Below, in pieces: positions 41,232 through 51,422 of a stretch of 64,000 nucleotides of DNA. Origin of the DNA: Mycoplasma sp. CAG:776 (GTDB lineage: Bacteria; Bacillota_I; Bacilli_A; RF39; UBA660); NCBI GenBank assembly GCA_000438195.1, contig FR903071.1:87394-151393 (forward strand). The letters are read 5' to 3'. Under the pieces are notes generated by a model. That model saw only the letters and a program-made list of their open reading frames with translations. It was not told where the DNA came from and did not search any database. Within the stretch, counting starts at the first letter, position 1. Every line of letters begins with the position of its first letter. Position numbers and translations under genes: made by a program.

Positions 41232-42599
41232 CTATTTATTTTTTGATTTTACTAAGATATAAGGTTTTTCTTCTTCTGTTTGCGGCTTTATTAGAATTAT
41301 TCTTGAATATTCTCCTGCAAAAATTCTAAATAAAGCACTACTAATACATTCATCAAAAACGGCTTTTAAACTTCTTGCTCCACTTTGTTTTAATATAGAT
41401 AATTCAGCAATATATTCTATAAATTCATTATTAAATCCAAAATCTACGTTTAACATTTCAAATAATTTTCTATATGTGTTTAATGGACTAAAATCTGATT
41501 CTTTTAATATTCTGATAATATCTTCTTTTTTTAAAGGATTCATTGCAATTATTTTAGAAAATCTACCCATTAATTCATTTAACATTCCATAATTAGTAAA
41601 ATGTTCTATTTTAAGATGTTTATAATCCTGTTCTTCTGTGATGCCAGTAAAAGCTCCTAATCCCACTATAGTTAATTTTGAAGTATTAAATGTACCACTC
41701 GGTAAGTAAAATATAGAACCATCTAATAACTTTAATAAAGATCTTTGTACCCCTAGCCTTGAAACATGAGATTCTTTACCGTTATTTTTTTCAGCTAGCT
41801 TATCAAATTCATCTATTACTAATATTCCTTTTTCTGCTTTTTCTATTCTTCCATTTGCTGCTAAACATAGTGCTTCTAACATATCCGTTACTTTTCTTCC
41901 TTGGTAGCCAGTTTCTGAAAGAGAGGTTGCATCTTCTATTATTATTGGAATATTATATAGTTTTGATATTCTTTTTAATATTTCTGTTTTCCCTGTTCCA
42001 GTTGGTCCGCATATTAGGATACTTTCTTTTAACTTAGCAATTATATCTATATCAAAATCTGAATTTATGACTTTCTGATTTTTAAATAGAGCTGTTAATA
42101 TTTGCATAATTTGTTCATCTTGAGAAATAATTGTTCTTTTTATTGCCATATACATTGAAAATATATCTGCATTTTTCTCTCTTTCTTCTAATGTAAAATC
42201 TAATTTATTCTGCTCTTCTTTCTCCAATAAAGCTAGTAATTCTTTATTTAGTAGCTTTGCTAATCCCGTTCCTTCTTTATCTCTTAAATAATATTTGGCT
42301 GTGCTTTCTAATCTTTTTCTTCGTATTATATCAAAGTTCACTTTATTATTATTAAGCTTTATCGCTTCTATTAAATCATCTTTTATAAAAACAAAATTAC
42401 TTTCATTTCTATTTTTATCTACGCTACTTGCATATATTCCACTATATATTCCAGTTATTACATGGTTCATATAATTTCCTTCGGAGTTCATAAATGATAT
42501 ACTAACACAATAATCTCTAAAATAAAATATTTCATGTTTTTGATTTTCATAATTTATATATTCTTTCTCAAATAAATAGCCTATTTTTAATTCTATCAT
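41232..42599 (-). CDS. ClpX/HslU-like AAA+ ATPase with novel N-terminal domain (no ClpX zinc-binding domain)
   Basis: Walker A ILICGPTGTGKT, Walker B GILVIDEFDKL, sensor-2 SGARSLKAV, GYQGRKVTD (ClpX GYVG-like region). ~190-aa unrelated N-terminus. Confidence 0.7.
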   Translation of the reverse strand: MIELKIGYLFEKEYINYENQKHEIFYFRDYCVSISFMNSEGNYMNHVITGIYSGIYASSVDKNRNESNFVFIKDDLIEAIKLNNNKVNFDIIRRKRLESTAKYYLRDKEGTGLAKLLNKELLALLEKEEQNKLDFTLEEREKNADIFSMYMAIKRTIISQDEQIMQILTALFKNQKVINSDFDIDIIAKLKESILICGPTGTGKTEILKRISKLYNIPIIIEDATSLSETGYQGRKVTDMLEALCLAANGRIEKAEKGILVIDEFDKLAEKNNGKESHVSRLGVQRSLLKLLDGSIFYLPSGTFNTSKLTIVGLGAFTGITEEQDYKHLKIEHFTNYGMLNELMGRFSKIIAMNPLKKEDIIRILKESDFSPLNTYRKLFEMLNVDFGFNNEFIEYIAELSILKQSGARSLKAVFDECISSALFRIFAGEYSRIILIKPQTEEEKPYILVKSKNK

Positions 42600-42878
42600 A
42601 TTTATTTCCCCTATCTGTTTTAATTATTATAACATATTTCTTTTATCTTATCAGAAAATGCCCATTCTTAATTTTATGTTTCATTTTTTGATTCATTTGT
42701 GTCTTATTTTAACTTAATTGCTGGAACATTTCAACCTTTTTTAAGCTTATCATAATCAACCATTAAATTAACATCAGCCTTTTTAAAGATCTTAATGATA
42801 ATCCAGTTTGGTACATCCAAATATTTTATGAATGAATGTTTCTTGTTAAAAAAAATTGCTATATTTCTATAACAATTT

Positions 42879-45800
42879 TTATTCTACTGATTTTAATGAT
42901 TCCACCATATTTATCTTCTTTAATTTTTGATTTGTTATTATTTGAACTAATATTGTAAAGAAAATAATTATTAGGAAAGAGAATATATAACTATACCATT
43001 TAATAGAGTGTAAGAATAATATATTATCTGTTTCAGCGACATTTATTACATACATATGTAAGAATATTCCTGCTCCTAAACCTATTAAAATACCAATAAT
43101 TGTTAAGAAAAGCGTTTCACGATATACATAGCTAGATACTTCTTTATCATAAAATCCTAAAACTTTTAATGTTGATATTTCTCTTATTCTTTCCGCAATA
43201 TTAATGGTTGTTAAATTATATAATACAATAAATGCTAACATACAAGATGCCCCAATAATTAAGACAATAATTAAATTTAAGCCTTTTACCATATTATCAA
43301 ATACTAAAATATTGTCTTCTGTGAAATTAATGGTACTAACTAATCCTGAATCTATCCATTTTTCAGCAAAATCTTCATGACTTGTTTCTTCATTTAAGTT
43401 TGTCATAATCATATTGTATTCTAACTCTTTTTCAAAATATTTTTCATATGTTTCTTTGTTCATATAAACATAATGTAAGGTATAATTTTCTACTATTTCA
43501 GATACAGGTAAAACTACTAATTCATTATTACTGTTTCTTAGTTTGATAAAATCCCCTATTTTAACATTTAATAAATCTGCCATTTTTTCACTAATAATTA
43601 CACCATCTTCTGGAAAAGTAAAATTTTCATTTACCTTACTATTCAATGTTATAAAGTTATTTAGTTCAGTATTATTTTCTAGAGCAATTAAATAAACATC
43701 ATGAGTTAAATCCTTTGCTTCAAAAGTAAATGAGGCTTGATAAATTGGTAAATACTCTGTAATGTTATCTTCTTTTAATTTACTTTTCCATTCTTCTTCA
43801 ATGGTTTTAAAGGAATTTTGGAAAACTAATAAGGCATCATAATGATTAATTTTTCCATATTGTAAATCTGCTAAGCCACTTATGCTATCTCTTAAGCCAA
43901 AACCTGTTAATAAAAGTGCAGTTGATCCTACTACTCCTAAGACTGTCATTACTATTCTTTTTTTATATCGAAACATATTTCTAGCTGTTACTTTGCCTGT
44001 AAAAGATAATCTTTTCCAAATAAATTTTATATGCTCTAAAAGAACTTTTTTACCAGATTTTGGAGTAGCTGGTCTTAAAATAGTTGCAGGAACATTTTTT
44101 AACTCTTTTAAACATGAGATGATTGCTATTAACGACATTAGTCCTAACGTTATTAATATGATAATAAAGAATGGTAATAATTTCATATTGATATTTAATG
44201 ATGGAAGAATATAATTAGCATTATAAATACTGTAAATTATATTCGGAATTAAAGTATATCCTATTAATAATCCTATGGTTACACCAATAACTGTGGCAAA
44301 AAAGACATAGAATAAATAACCATTAATAATATTAAAACTTCCATATCCTAATGATGATAAAACTCCTATCTCTCCTCTTTCTTCTTCTATCATTCGATTC
44401 ATTGTATTAAAACACATTAAAGCTACGACAATTATAAAGAAAATAGGAAATATTCCAGCAATAGCATCCACTTTAGCGGCATCATCCCAAATACTAGAAT
44501 AACCATTATTATCGGTACGATCTAATAAATACCAAACTGGCTTTTCTATTTTTGCTAAAGAAGACTTAGCTTCATTAATTTTTGCTTCTAATTCTTTTTT
44601 TTGTTCTTCGAGTGTATTTTCTCCTGCGACATATTCTTCATATGCTGATTCTATTTTCTGCTCTTGAGTTTCTAGTTTTTCTTTTGCTTTATTTAACTTG
44701 TCTTGAGATGCCTTTATTTGTTCTTCTAATTCTTTTTCGCTATTATCAATTTCTATTTTACTATTCTTTAAAGTCTCACTAGTTGTAACTAATGTCTGTA
44801 GATTATCTTTCTTATTATTCAGTTCTTCTAATGTTTTTTGATATTCAGCATATTTGGGATCATCTGTAGGTAGAGTATTTAATATTTCTTTAATAGACGT
44901 AATATTACTTTTTACAGTATTTAAGGCTGTTTCTAAAGTTTCTTCTGTTAAACCTAATGATGCCAAAGTATTTTTTAATTCTTTATTACTTTCTTCCCAT
45001 GTTAATCTGGCATTATTTATTTTTGTTAATCCATTTTGTTCTTCTTCTTTTAATTTATTTTCATTAGTAATTATTTCATTTTTAGCATTATAGATTTCCG
45101 TTCTTCCATTATTAATTTCCTCTAAAGCCTCTTGTAATTCTTCTTCAGCAATACTAATTTTTTCATTCGCTTCATCTTCAATTTTACGTATCTCAATGGT
45201 TGCTTCTTCTAAAATCTCTTCATATCTTTTTGTTTCTCTAATTGGCTTTAATTCTTCTAATTCTTCTAATAATAAATTAGTAGTCTCTTCATATCCTTTT
45301 TCATATGCTGTTTCTTTTAAAGAGCCTTTCGCTGTTAAATATACTTCTGTATAATATTCGGAATTAAAGTTTTCTTTAGGTATATAAATGAATGATGCTA
45401 ATTCTCCAGTTCCAATACTGGCAATTCCCATTTGTCTACTTAAATACATTGGGGAGTTTGCTAAGCCTACTACTTTATAAGTAGTATTTTGGAGTATACC
45501 TTCTTGAGATAATTTACTAATTGTTAGAGTATCTCCTATTTTATATTTTGTAGCATCAGCTATGCATTCATTATTATTCTCTGGCATATTTCCTTCAACT
45601 AAATCTACATTGTTTATATCTTCTTCAATGGCATGAATACGCACAGCTTCTCCATCAATTAATGTATCTACAGAATAACTTGCTACGACTTTCTCAATAT
45701 TTTTAAGTTCTTCTAAAGAAGCTATATCATCTTCTGTTAAACCCATGGTACTAACAATTTTAAAATCCATTAAATTATGTTCATCATAATAATTGTCCAA

Positions 45801-45944
45801 TGTAGCTTCAATATCGGGTGTAGTTTCTCTTAAACCAGCAAAAAAGCCAACACCTAAAGCTACTATAAATAGTAAAGATAAAAACCTACCTATATTCTTA
45901 CGCATTTTAACAAAAGATAGTTTATATAAAAGACGCATTACCAA
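42879..45944 (-). CDS. FtsX/MacB-type ABC transporter permease with very large coiled-coil extracytoplasmic domain (1021 aa)
   Basis: N-terminal TM, ~400-aa extracellular region with heptad-like Glu/Lys repeats, two FtsX-like 4-TM bundles. Overlaps the ATPase gene. Confidence 0.75.
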   Translation of the reverse strand: MVMRLLYKLSFVKMRKNIGRFLSLLFIVALGVGFFAGLRETTPDIEATLDNYYDEHNLMDFKIVSTMGLTEDDIASLEELKNIEKVVASYSVDTLIDGEAVRIHAIEEDINNVDLVEGNMPENNNECIADATKYKIGDTLTISKLSQEGILQNTTYKVVGLANSPMYLSRQMGIASIGTGELASFIYIPKENFNSEYYTEVYLTAKGSLKETAYEKGYEETTNLLLEELEELKPIRETKRYEEILEEATIEIRKIEDEANEKISIAEEELQEALEEINNGRTEIYNAKNEIITNENKLKEEEQNGLTKINNARLTWEESNKELKNTLASLGLTEETLETALNTVKSNITSIKEILNTLPTDDPKYAEYQKTLEELNNKKDNLQTLVTTSETLKNSKIEIDNSEKELEEQIKASQDKLNKAKEKLETQEQKIESAYEEYVAGENTLEEQKKELEAKINEAKSSLAKIEKPVWYLLDRTDNNGYSSIWDDAAKVDAIAGIFPIFFIIVVALMCFNTMNRMIEEERGEIGVLSSLGYGSFNIINGYLFYVFFATVIGVTIGLLIGYTLIPNIIYSIYNANYILPSLNINMKLLPFFIIILITLGLMSLIAIISCLKELKNVPATILRPATPKSGKKVLLEHIKFIWKRLSFTGKVTARNMFRYKKRIVMTVLGVVGSTALLLTGFGLRDSISGLADLQYGKINHYDALLVFQNSFKTIEEEWKSKLKEDNITEYLPIYQASFTFEAKDLTHDVYLIALENNTELNNFITLNSKVNENFTFPEDGVIISEKMADLLNVKIGDFIKLRNSNNELVVLPVSEIVENYTLHYVYMNKETYEKYFEKELEYNMIMTNLNEETSHEDFAEKWIDSGLVSTINFTEDNILVFDNMVKGLNLIIVLIIGASCMLAFIVLYNLTTINIAERIREISTLKVLGFYDKEVSSYVYRETLFLTIIGILIGLGAGIFLHMYVINVAETDNILFLHSIKWYSYIFSFLIIIFFTILVQIITNQKLKKINMVESLKSVE

Positions 45945-46639
45945 TCAAGCTCCTTTACGTCTTTTGGCTTCTTATTCATTTTTATTTCTTCAATTGTTCC
46001 ATTTTTTAGGCGTATTACTTTATCTGCTATTTCAGATATAATGGCATTATGAGTTATAATAATCGTAGTCATTCCTAATTCACGACAAGATTTTTGAAGT
46101 AATTCTAATATTTTTATTCCTGTTTTAGAATCTAGAGCACCCGTTGGTTCATCACATAAAAGTAATTTTGGATTTTTAGCTATAGCTCTTGCTATTGCTA
46201 CTCTTTGTTGTTCTCCTCCAGATAATCCTCCTGGAAAATTATTCATTCGATCTTTTAAGCCTACTTCTTCTAAAACTTTCTCTGGTTTTAAAGGATTCTT
46301 ACATATTTGAACTGCTAATTCAACATTTTCTAGAGCTGTTAAATTTTGAACTAAATTATAAAATTGAAAAACAAAGCCGATACTATTTCTTCTATATCCA
46401 ATTAATTCTTTTCTTTTGAAAGAAGTAATGTCTTCATTATCTACAATAATTTTCCCACTTGTAGCATTATCCATTCCTCCTAAAAGATTTAATATTGTCG
46501 TTTTTCCAGCACCACTAGGACCTAGTATTACTACTAGTTCCCCTTTTTTAATTTCAAATGAAACATCATGAGCCGCAATAATTTTTACTTCTCCCATTAT
46601 ATATTCTTTTTTTACATTTTTTAGTTCAATATAACTCAT
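45938..46639 (-). CDS. ABC transporter ATP-binding protein (MacB/BceA-like)
   Basis: Walker [10 protein letters not shown], signature LSGGEQQR, Walker [13 protein letters not shown]. Confidence 0.9.
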   Translation of the reverse strand: MSYIELKNVKKEYIMGEVKIIAAHDVSFEIKKGELVVILGPSGAGKTTILNLLGGMDNATSGKIIVDNEDITSFKRKELIGYRRNSIGFVFQFYNLVQNLTALENVELAVQICKNPLKPEKVLEEVGLKDRMNNFPGGLSGGEQQRVAIARAIAKNPKLLLCDEPTGALDSKTGIKILELLQKSCRELGMTTIIITHNAIISEIADKVIRLKNGTIEEIKMNKKPKDVKELDW

Positions 46640-46672
46640 AGTATCCTCCTATCTTATTATAACATAGTTTTA

Positions 46673-47290
46673 TTATTCTTCAATGATTATTCCTTTACTA
46701 TTTACTATCTCTAAAAGACTTAATAATGATATTTTAGAGCCTATTAAATCATCTAAATTAATTTTTACTTCTTCAAATTGACTTGTTCTTAAATCACAAT
46801 TTTTAAAAATTGTATCAATAAAATTTTCAGATATTAATTTACATCTATCAAATTTCATATTAGTGTATTTGTTATGCCGATGGATATTTTCCATTAATTT
46901 TGTGTCATTAATGTTACTATTATCTATTTTACTATTTTCTACTTTCGAATATTCAATTAAACACTCTTCTATTAACATATTATTAATCGTACATTCGAAA
47001 ATAGATACATTAATTAATTTACAGTTAATAAAGTAAACATTACTCCAGGAGTTACCACTAAAAGTTACATTATTTAATTCGCAATTTTCAAATTTTACTT
47101 TACCAAAAAAAGTGTTATCAAAATAAACATTATTGAGCTTACATTTTTTAAAATAGATTTCTCGCATTGTCTCAAAATTTATATTTTCTTTGGTAATTGT
47201 CTCTTCTTCAAACCTTAAATAATTTAAAGTTAATTCTTCATGATTACCAAAATTTTCTTTTAATAATTCATGACTAAATTCCCATTTCAT
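46673..47290 (-). CDS. Pentapeptide-repeat protein (start adjusted to internal Met)
   Basis: Tandem A(D/N)LxX-type pentapeptide repeats (NCELNNVTFSGNSWSNVYFINCKLINVSI...). Confidence 0.65.
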   Translation of the reverse strand: MKWEFSHELLKENFGNHEELTLNYLRFEEETITKENINFETMREIYFKKCKLNNVYFDNTFFGKVKFENCELNNVTFSGNSWSNVYFINCKLINVSIFECTINNMLIEECLIEYSKVENSKIDNSNINDTKLMENIHRHNKYTNMKFDRCKLISENFIDTIFKNCDLRTSQFEEVKINLDDLIGSKISLLSLLEIVNSKGIIIEE

Positions 47291-47849
47291 CTGTTTCCTC
47301 TTTATAAATAGATGTAAATAATTCACTTTCTTGTTCGTTTTCTTTTTCACTATCTAATTCTGGTAATTCACTTAAACTTGACAGACCAAAACAATCTAAA
47401 AATTCACTCGTTGTGCGATATAAGTTGGGTCTTCCTGGCATTTTCGATTTTCCGGCTTCTTTTACAAGTCCTTTTGCTACTAATTTTCTAATAATATGAT
47501 TACTACTTACCCCTCTCATCGCATCTATTTCGACTCTCGTAATTGGTTGATTATAAGCAATAACTGCTAAAACTTCTAGACTAGAAGGGCTAAGAGTATT
47601 AGCTTCTGGGTTTTCAATTAGTTTCTGATAATATTCTTTATGTTCTTCTTTGGTTGTTAGTTTAAAGGCATCTCCAAGATAACTAATTCTAATTCCTCTA
47701 TTATCACTTTCATAACTCTCTTTTAATTTTAATAGAAGTTCTTTTGCTTCCTCTAAATTAATATTCATTACTTCACATAAATTCTTTAAATTAATCCCTT
47801 CATCACCAACAACAAATAAAATACCTTCTAAAATGCCTAATTTATTCAT
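47274..47849 (-). CDS. scpB: Segregation and condensation protein B
   Basis: Winged-helix ScpB motifs (GILEGILFVVGDEGI, ITRVEIDAMRGV...LVAKGLV). Confidence 0.85.
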   Translation of the reverse strand: MNKLGILEGILFVVGDEGINLKNLCEVMNINLEEAKELLLKLKESYESDNRGIRISYLGDAFKLTTKEEHKEYYQKLIENPEANTLSPSSLEVLAVIAYNQPITRVEIDAMRGVSSNHIIRKLVAKGLVKEAGKSKMPGRPNLYRTTSEFLDCFGLSSLSELPELDSEKENEQESELFTSIYKEETDEMGI

Positions 47850-48576
47850 GAATATTGCTCCTTTCTATTAAAATTGGTTTAAAATTGTCTTCTTGAGTTA
47901 AAGTGATTTCATCATTTTTACTCATTGTTAAAATGGATAAAAAAGTGACGATTAGAAAATCTCTATTCGGTTCACTAAATAATTCTAAAAATTCCACTTT
48001 ATCTCTTACTTGTAATATTTTTCTAATATCTTCTATTCTTCGTTCAATACTATACTCTTTTTTTGTAACTTTTGTATTTAAAGGTTTATTATACTTTTCT
48101 CTTTCTTTTAATTTCTTTAAAGCATCTACTAAATCTTCTAAATGTACATCGCCAAAATTGATATTTCCCTTCTCTAGAAAAGCATTTAAATTCATAGGAC
48201 TTTTCGTATAAAAGTTATTTCTTTTATTTTCTAGTTCTACTAGACTTTCACTTAATTTTTTATATTTTTCATATTCGATTATTTTTCTTTTTAAATCTTC
48301 TTCTGATTCAATTGAAAATTCATCATCACTTATTTCTTCTTTTTCTTCATCATGAACTAACATCTTACTTTTTAAATGAATTAGTTCTGATGCCATCACT
48401 AAATAGGAACTCGCAATATCAATATTTCTATGCTTTTCTTCTTCAATAAATTTCAAATATTCTTCAATAATTATCTTAATATCAATTTCATAAATATTCA
48501 TCTTGGATGTTTTAACAAGATGTAAAAGAAGGTCTAAAGGACCTTCAAAATCATTAATACTAAATTTATATTCCAT
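47842..48576 (-). CDS. scpA: Segregation and condensation protein A
   Basis: FEGPLDLLLHLV N-terminal motif. Overlaps scpB. Confidence 0.85.
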   Translation of the reverse strand: MEYKFSINDFEGPLDLLLHLVKTSKMNIYEIDIKIIIEEYLKFIEEEKHRNIDIASSYLVMASELIHLKSKMLVHDEEKEEISDDEFSIESEEDLKRKIIEYEKYKKLSESLVELENKRNNFYTKSPMNLNAFLEKGNINFGDVHLEDLVDALKKLKEREKYNKPLNTKVTKKEYSIERRIEDIRKILQVRDKVEFLELFSEPNRDFLIVTFLSILTMSKNDEITLTQEDNFKPILIERSNIHE

Positions 48577-48587
48577 ATTATCACGTC

Positions 48588-49541
48588 CTAATTACAATCG
48601 AAACCTGATGCTTCCATTTCAAAATTTACTACTCTGGGATCAGTATCTAATTTAAAAGTGTCAGCATTAAAAATATAAGTACGACTGGCTTCTTCTAAAT
48701 CTACAATTGTTGTTATATTAAACCCACTTGTATTATTAAATAGTGTTGATGTTATTCCTTTCGTAGTGTTATAATTGTTTACTAATGATTGATAATTATT
48801 ATAAATATTTTCATAATCAGGGTCGGTCGTAAGATATTGTACTGTACTTGTTAATCCTTGTAATTTACTATTTTTAAAATTATAAGTTATTGTTTCATGA
48901 TTATTTTTACATACTAAGTTAGCATTTCCTTCTGTATCTTCTGTTAGAGTTATCGCTGGATAATCTTCTTCCGTTTTTTGTACTAAAACAATATAACCAA
49001 CTGTTTGACTTGTTGAAGCAGAAATATTTTTGGTATAAGTTTTAAATGCCCCAGCAGCTAAAACGTCTTCATTTACTAATTTTACTCTTTCTAATAGAGT
49101 TCGCTCCGTATTATAGATTTCTATATAATAATTTAACTCTTCTATATCTTGATAACTATTTGTATTATTAGTTACACTATAAGTTAATGTGTTATTTATG
49201 GTATCTATTTTTATATCACTTACTATTACTTCTTCGCGTTCAATTTTTAAATTTTCAACATATGCATAAAATTCTTCGTCTTCATTTTGATCAGGATCTT
49301 CTGGCTCTTTTGAATCATCTGGATCACTTGGCGTAGGTGTTGGTTTTACAATTGGTGTAGGGTTTAAATATTCATTAACAATTGAAGATATTTCTGGTAA
49401 AAATATTACTACTAAAACAAAAATAGTTAAAATTATGAAAATGCCAATTGAAGTTCTTTTTCTATTTTCAAATTCCCCTATTGCTATTGGTTTTAATTCG
49501 TCTTGTTCTACTTTTATATTTTTATATTTTTTTTTGGCCAT
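48588..49541 (-). CDS. Membrane-anchored hypothetical protein (317 aa)
   Basis: Single N-terminal TM, Pro/Asp-rich linker, then extracytoplasmic domain. Confidence 0.4.
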   Translation of the reverse strand: MAKKKYKNIKVEQDELKPIAIGEFENRKRTSIGIFIILTIFVLVVIFLPEISSIVNEYLNPTPIVKPTPTPSDPDDSKEPEDPDQNEDEEFYAYVENLKIEREEVIVSDIKIDTINNTLTYSVTNNTNSYQDIEELNYYIEIYNTERTLLERVKLVNEDVLAAGAFKTYTKNISASTSQTVGYIVLVQKTEEDYPAITLTEDTEGNANLVCKNNHETITYNFKNSKLQGLTSTVQYLTTDPDYENIYNNYQSLVNNYNTTKGITSTLFNNTSGFNITTIVDLEEASRTYIFNADTFKLDTDPRVVNFEMEASGFDCN

Positions 49542-49601
49542 AACAATCCCTTCTTACTATTTAAAATTATATCAAAAAAATGGCAAAATAAAAAGGACTA
49601 T

Positions 49602-49952
49602 TTAATCCTTTGGTTTAAAAATTAAGGCTACTAATGAGGCAAATACTATAGATCCTACTATGGCAACACTAGATTTAGTAAGCATTCCTGAGAAAATTCC
49701 TAAAACTCCCATTTTTTCAAATCCTTCTAAAGCTCCTGTATATAACATATAGCCAAAATTAGAAATAATGGATGTTGCTCCCCCTCCGGCTAACTCAATT
49801 AATTTATCATATATGCCAAAGAAAGCTAGAATACTTCCTAGTACTGTAAATAGTGAAGTTACATGTCCAGGAGTTAGTTTAGTATTATCTAATATAATCT
49901 GCCCTAATGCACAAAACGTTCCGGCAATTAGAAATGCCCATATAAATGTCAT
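49602..49952 (-). CDS. spoVAEB: Stage V sporulation protein AEb (SpoVAEb)
   Basis: High similarity pattern to SpoVAEb (AFLIAGTFCALGQII..., GGGATSIISNFG). Confidence 0.85.
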   Translation of the reverse strand: MTFIWAFLIAGTFCALGQIILDNTKLTPGHVTSLFTVLGSILAFFGIYDKLIELAGGGATSIISNFGYMLYTGALEGFEKMGVLGIFSGMLTKSSVAIVGSIVFASLVALIFKPKD

Positions 49953-50926
49953 TATAATACCTCCAAACTTATTGCATGGGCAATTCCTGGAATTCCCAAT
50001 TTTTGATTTGCTAATTGAACTGATTGTAATGATCCTGTTGCTATAATTAAAATCTTTTTATATTTTTTATAACATAATACTTTATCAAATAAAACTAATG
50101 GTAACGCTACCGGTCCACTTGCTCCAGCATAGGTATCTTGAGCATTTGTATATATTTCACATCCAGCGTCCATATATTTTTTTAAATTAATATTATAATT
50201 CTTATTTAACATTTCTATAAAAATTTCTCTTCCTACTAAACCTAAATCACCAGTTAATACTAAATCATAATAGTTAATGTTTCTTTTCATTTCATTTAAG
50301 TGGGTATTTAGAGTATCTGCAGCAGCTGGAGCCATGACTGCTCCCATATTATTGGTATCATTTATTCCCATGTCTATAGCTTTTCCAATTGTTGCACTTT
50401 CTACTTTTATACCTGTTTGTTCACTTGTTAGTAAGGTGGAAATGGCTGCTGTAGTTGTAAAAGTTGTTGTATGTTTTTTAACTGCTCCATATTCAACTGG
50501 ATATCTAAATTGTCTTTCAGCATTTAGATTATGAGAACTCGTTATTGCTATTATATTTTTAGCTAACTTACCACTTATTAGTGAGGCTCCAAGCATTAAT
50601 TCTTCCGCATAAGTTGCGCAAGCACTATATATTCCTAAATATGGAATATTAAATTTACTGGCATTATAACTAGAAATAGATATCTGATTGATTAGATCTC
50701 CTCCTAATAAAAAATCCACTTTATTTTCGGTTAAACGATTTTTATTTAATAAATTATTTAGTACTATTTTTTGCATCTTTATTTCCGCTTGTTCGAATGT
50801 TTTTTCACCATAATAGTAATCATCCATTACTAAATCATAATTTTTTAGTAATCCATCTCTTTCTAATGGTCCAACTATAGAAAAATTATCTTTTATATAT
50901 ACATTATTAAATTTTTTACTAGCCAC
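49952..50926 (-). CDS. spoVAD: Stage V sporulation protein AD (SpoVAD), thiolase-like
   Basis: Conserved SpoVAD regions (GEKTFEQAE, GGDLINQ). Operon position between spoVAC and spoVAEb. Confidence 0.85.
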   Translation of the reverse strand: MASKKFNNVYIKDNFSIVGPLERDGLLKNYDLVMDDYYYGEKTFEQAEIKMQKIVLNNLLNKNRLTENKVDFLLGGDLINQISISSYNASKFNIPYLGIYSACATYAEELMLGASLISGKLAKNIIAITSSHNLNAERQFRYPVEYGAVKKHTTTFTTTAAISTLLTSEQTGIKVESATIGKAIDMGINDTNNMGAVMAPAAADTLNTHLNEMKRNINYYDLVLTGDLGLVGREIFIEMLNKNYNINLKKYMDAGCEIYTNAQDTYAGASGPVALPLVLFDKVLCYKKYKKILIIATGSLQSVQLANQKLGIPGIAHAISLEVL

Positions 50927-51368
50927 CGATAATCACTCTCACAATCACTAATATAAATGCTGATAATATTCCATATAATATTACACTACCAGCTAGTTTA
51001 AAAAAGTTAGAACCCAGTCCTGTTATTAATCCCTCTTTTTTATAATCTAAAGCACTACTAGATACCGAATGGGCAAAACCAGTTGTAGGAATCAGTAATC
51101 CAGCTTTTGATTTGCTCATCCAATTATCAAAAAATCCTAATGCTGTAAATAGAGATGCTGTAAATATGATTATTAAACACGTCCATGCCCCCGCTACTAT
51201 CCTTGTTAAATCAAAGAAATTCATTAATAAAACAATTAGACCTTCGGCAATAAATCCAACCATTCCACCAATTAAAAAGGCATATACAACATTCTCCAAT
51301 TTATTTTCTTTAGGCTCATATTTTTTTACTAATTTTTTATATTCCTCTTTATTCATAATTACCTCCAT
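50919..51368 (-). CDS. spoVAC: Stage V sporulation protein AC (SpoVAC)
   Basis: KKYEPK...AFLIGG...FKLAGSVI pattern of SpoVAC. 4 TM. Confidence 0.85.
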   Translation of the reverse strand: MEVIMNKEEYKKLVKKYEPKENKLENVVYAFLIGGMVGFIAEGLIVLLMNFFDLTRIVAGAWTCLIIIFTASLFTALGFFDNWMSKSKAGLLIPTTGFAHSVSSSALDYKKEGLITGLGSNFFKLAGSVILYGILSAFILVIVRVIIGG

Positions 51369-51422
51369 TTTTATTATGAAAAATTAAAAAAAAGTTATAC
51401 CAAATTTTGTATAACTATTTCT

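Noticed and set aside
41759-42037. ORF 41759..42037 (+), 43882..45093 (+) ORFs, 46189..46419 (+), 47903..48211 (+), 49768..50534 (+), 51112..51387 (+), 53137..53373 (+), 55200..55995 (+), 59785..59985 (+), 62025..62770 (+)
   Set aside because: All lie antisense within well-supported minus-strand genes (ClpX-like, MacB-like, ABC ATPase, scpA, spoVA genes, membrane GT, GT2/CorA, leuS, GH31).
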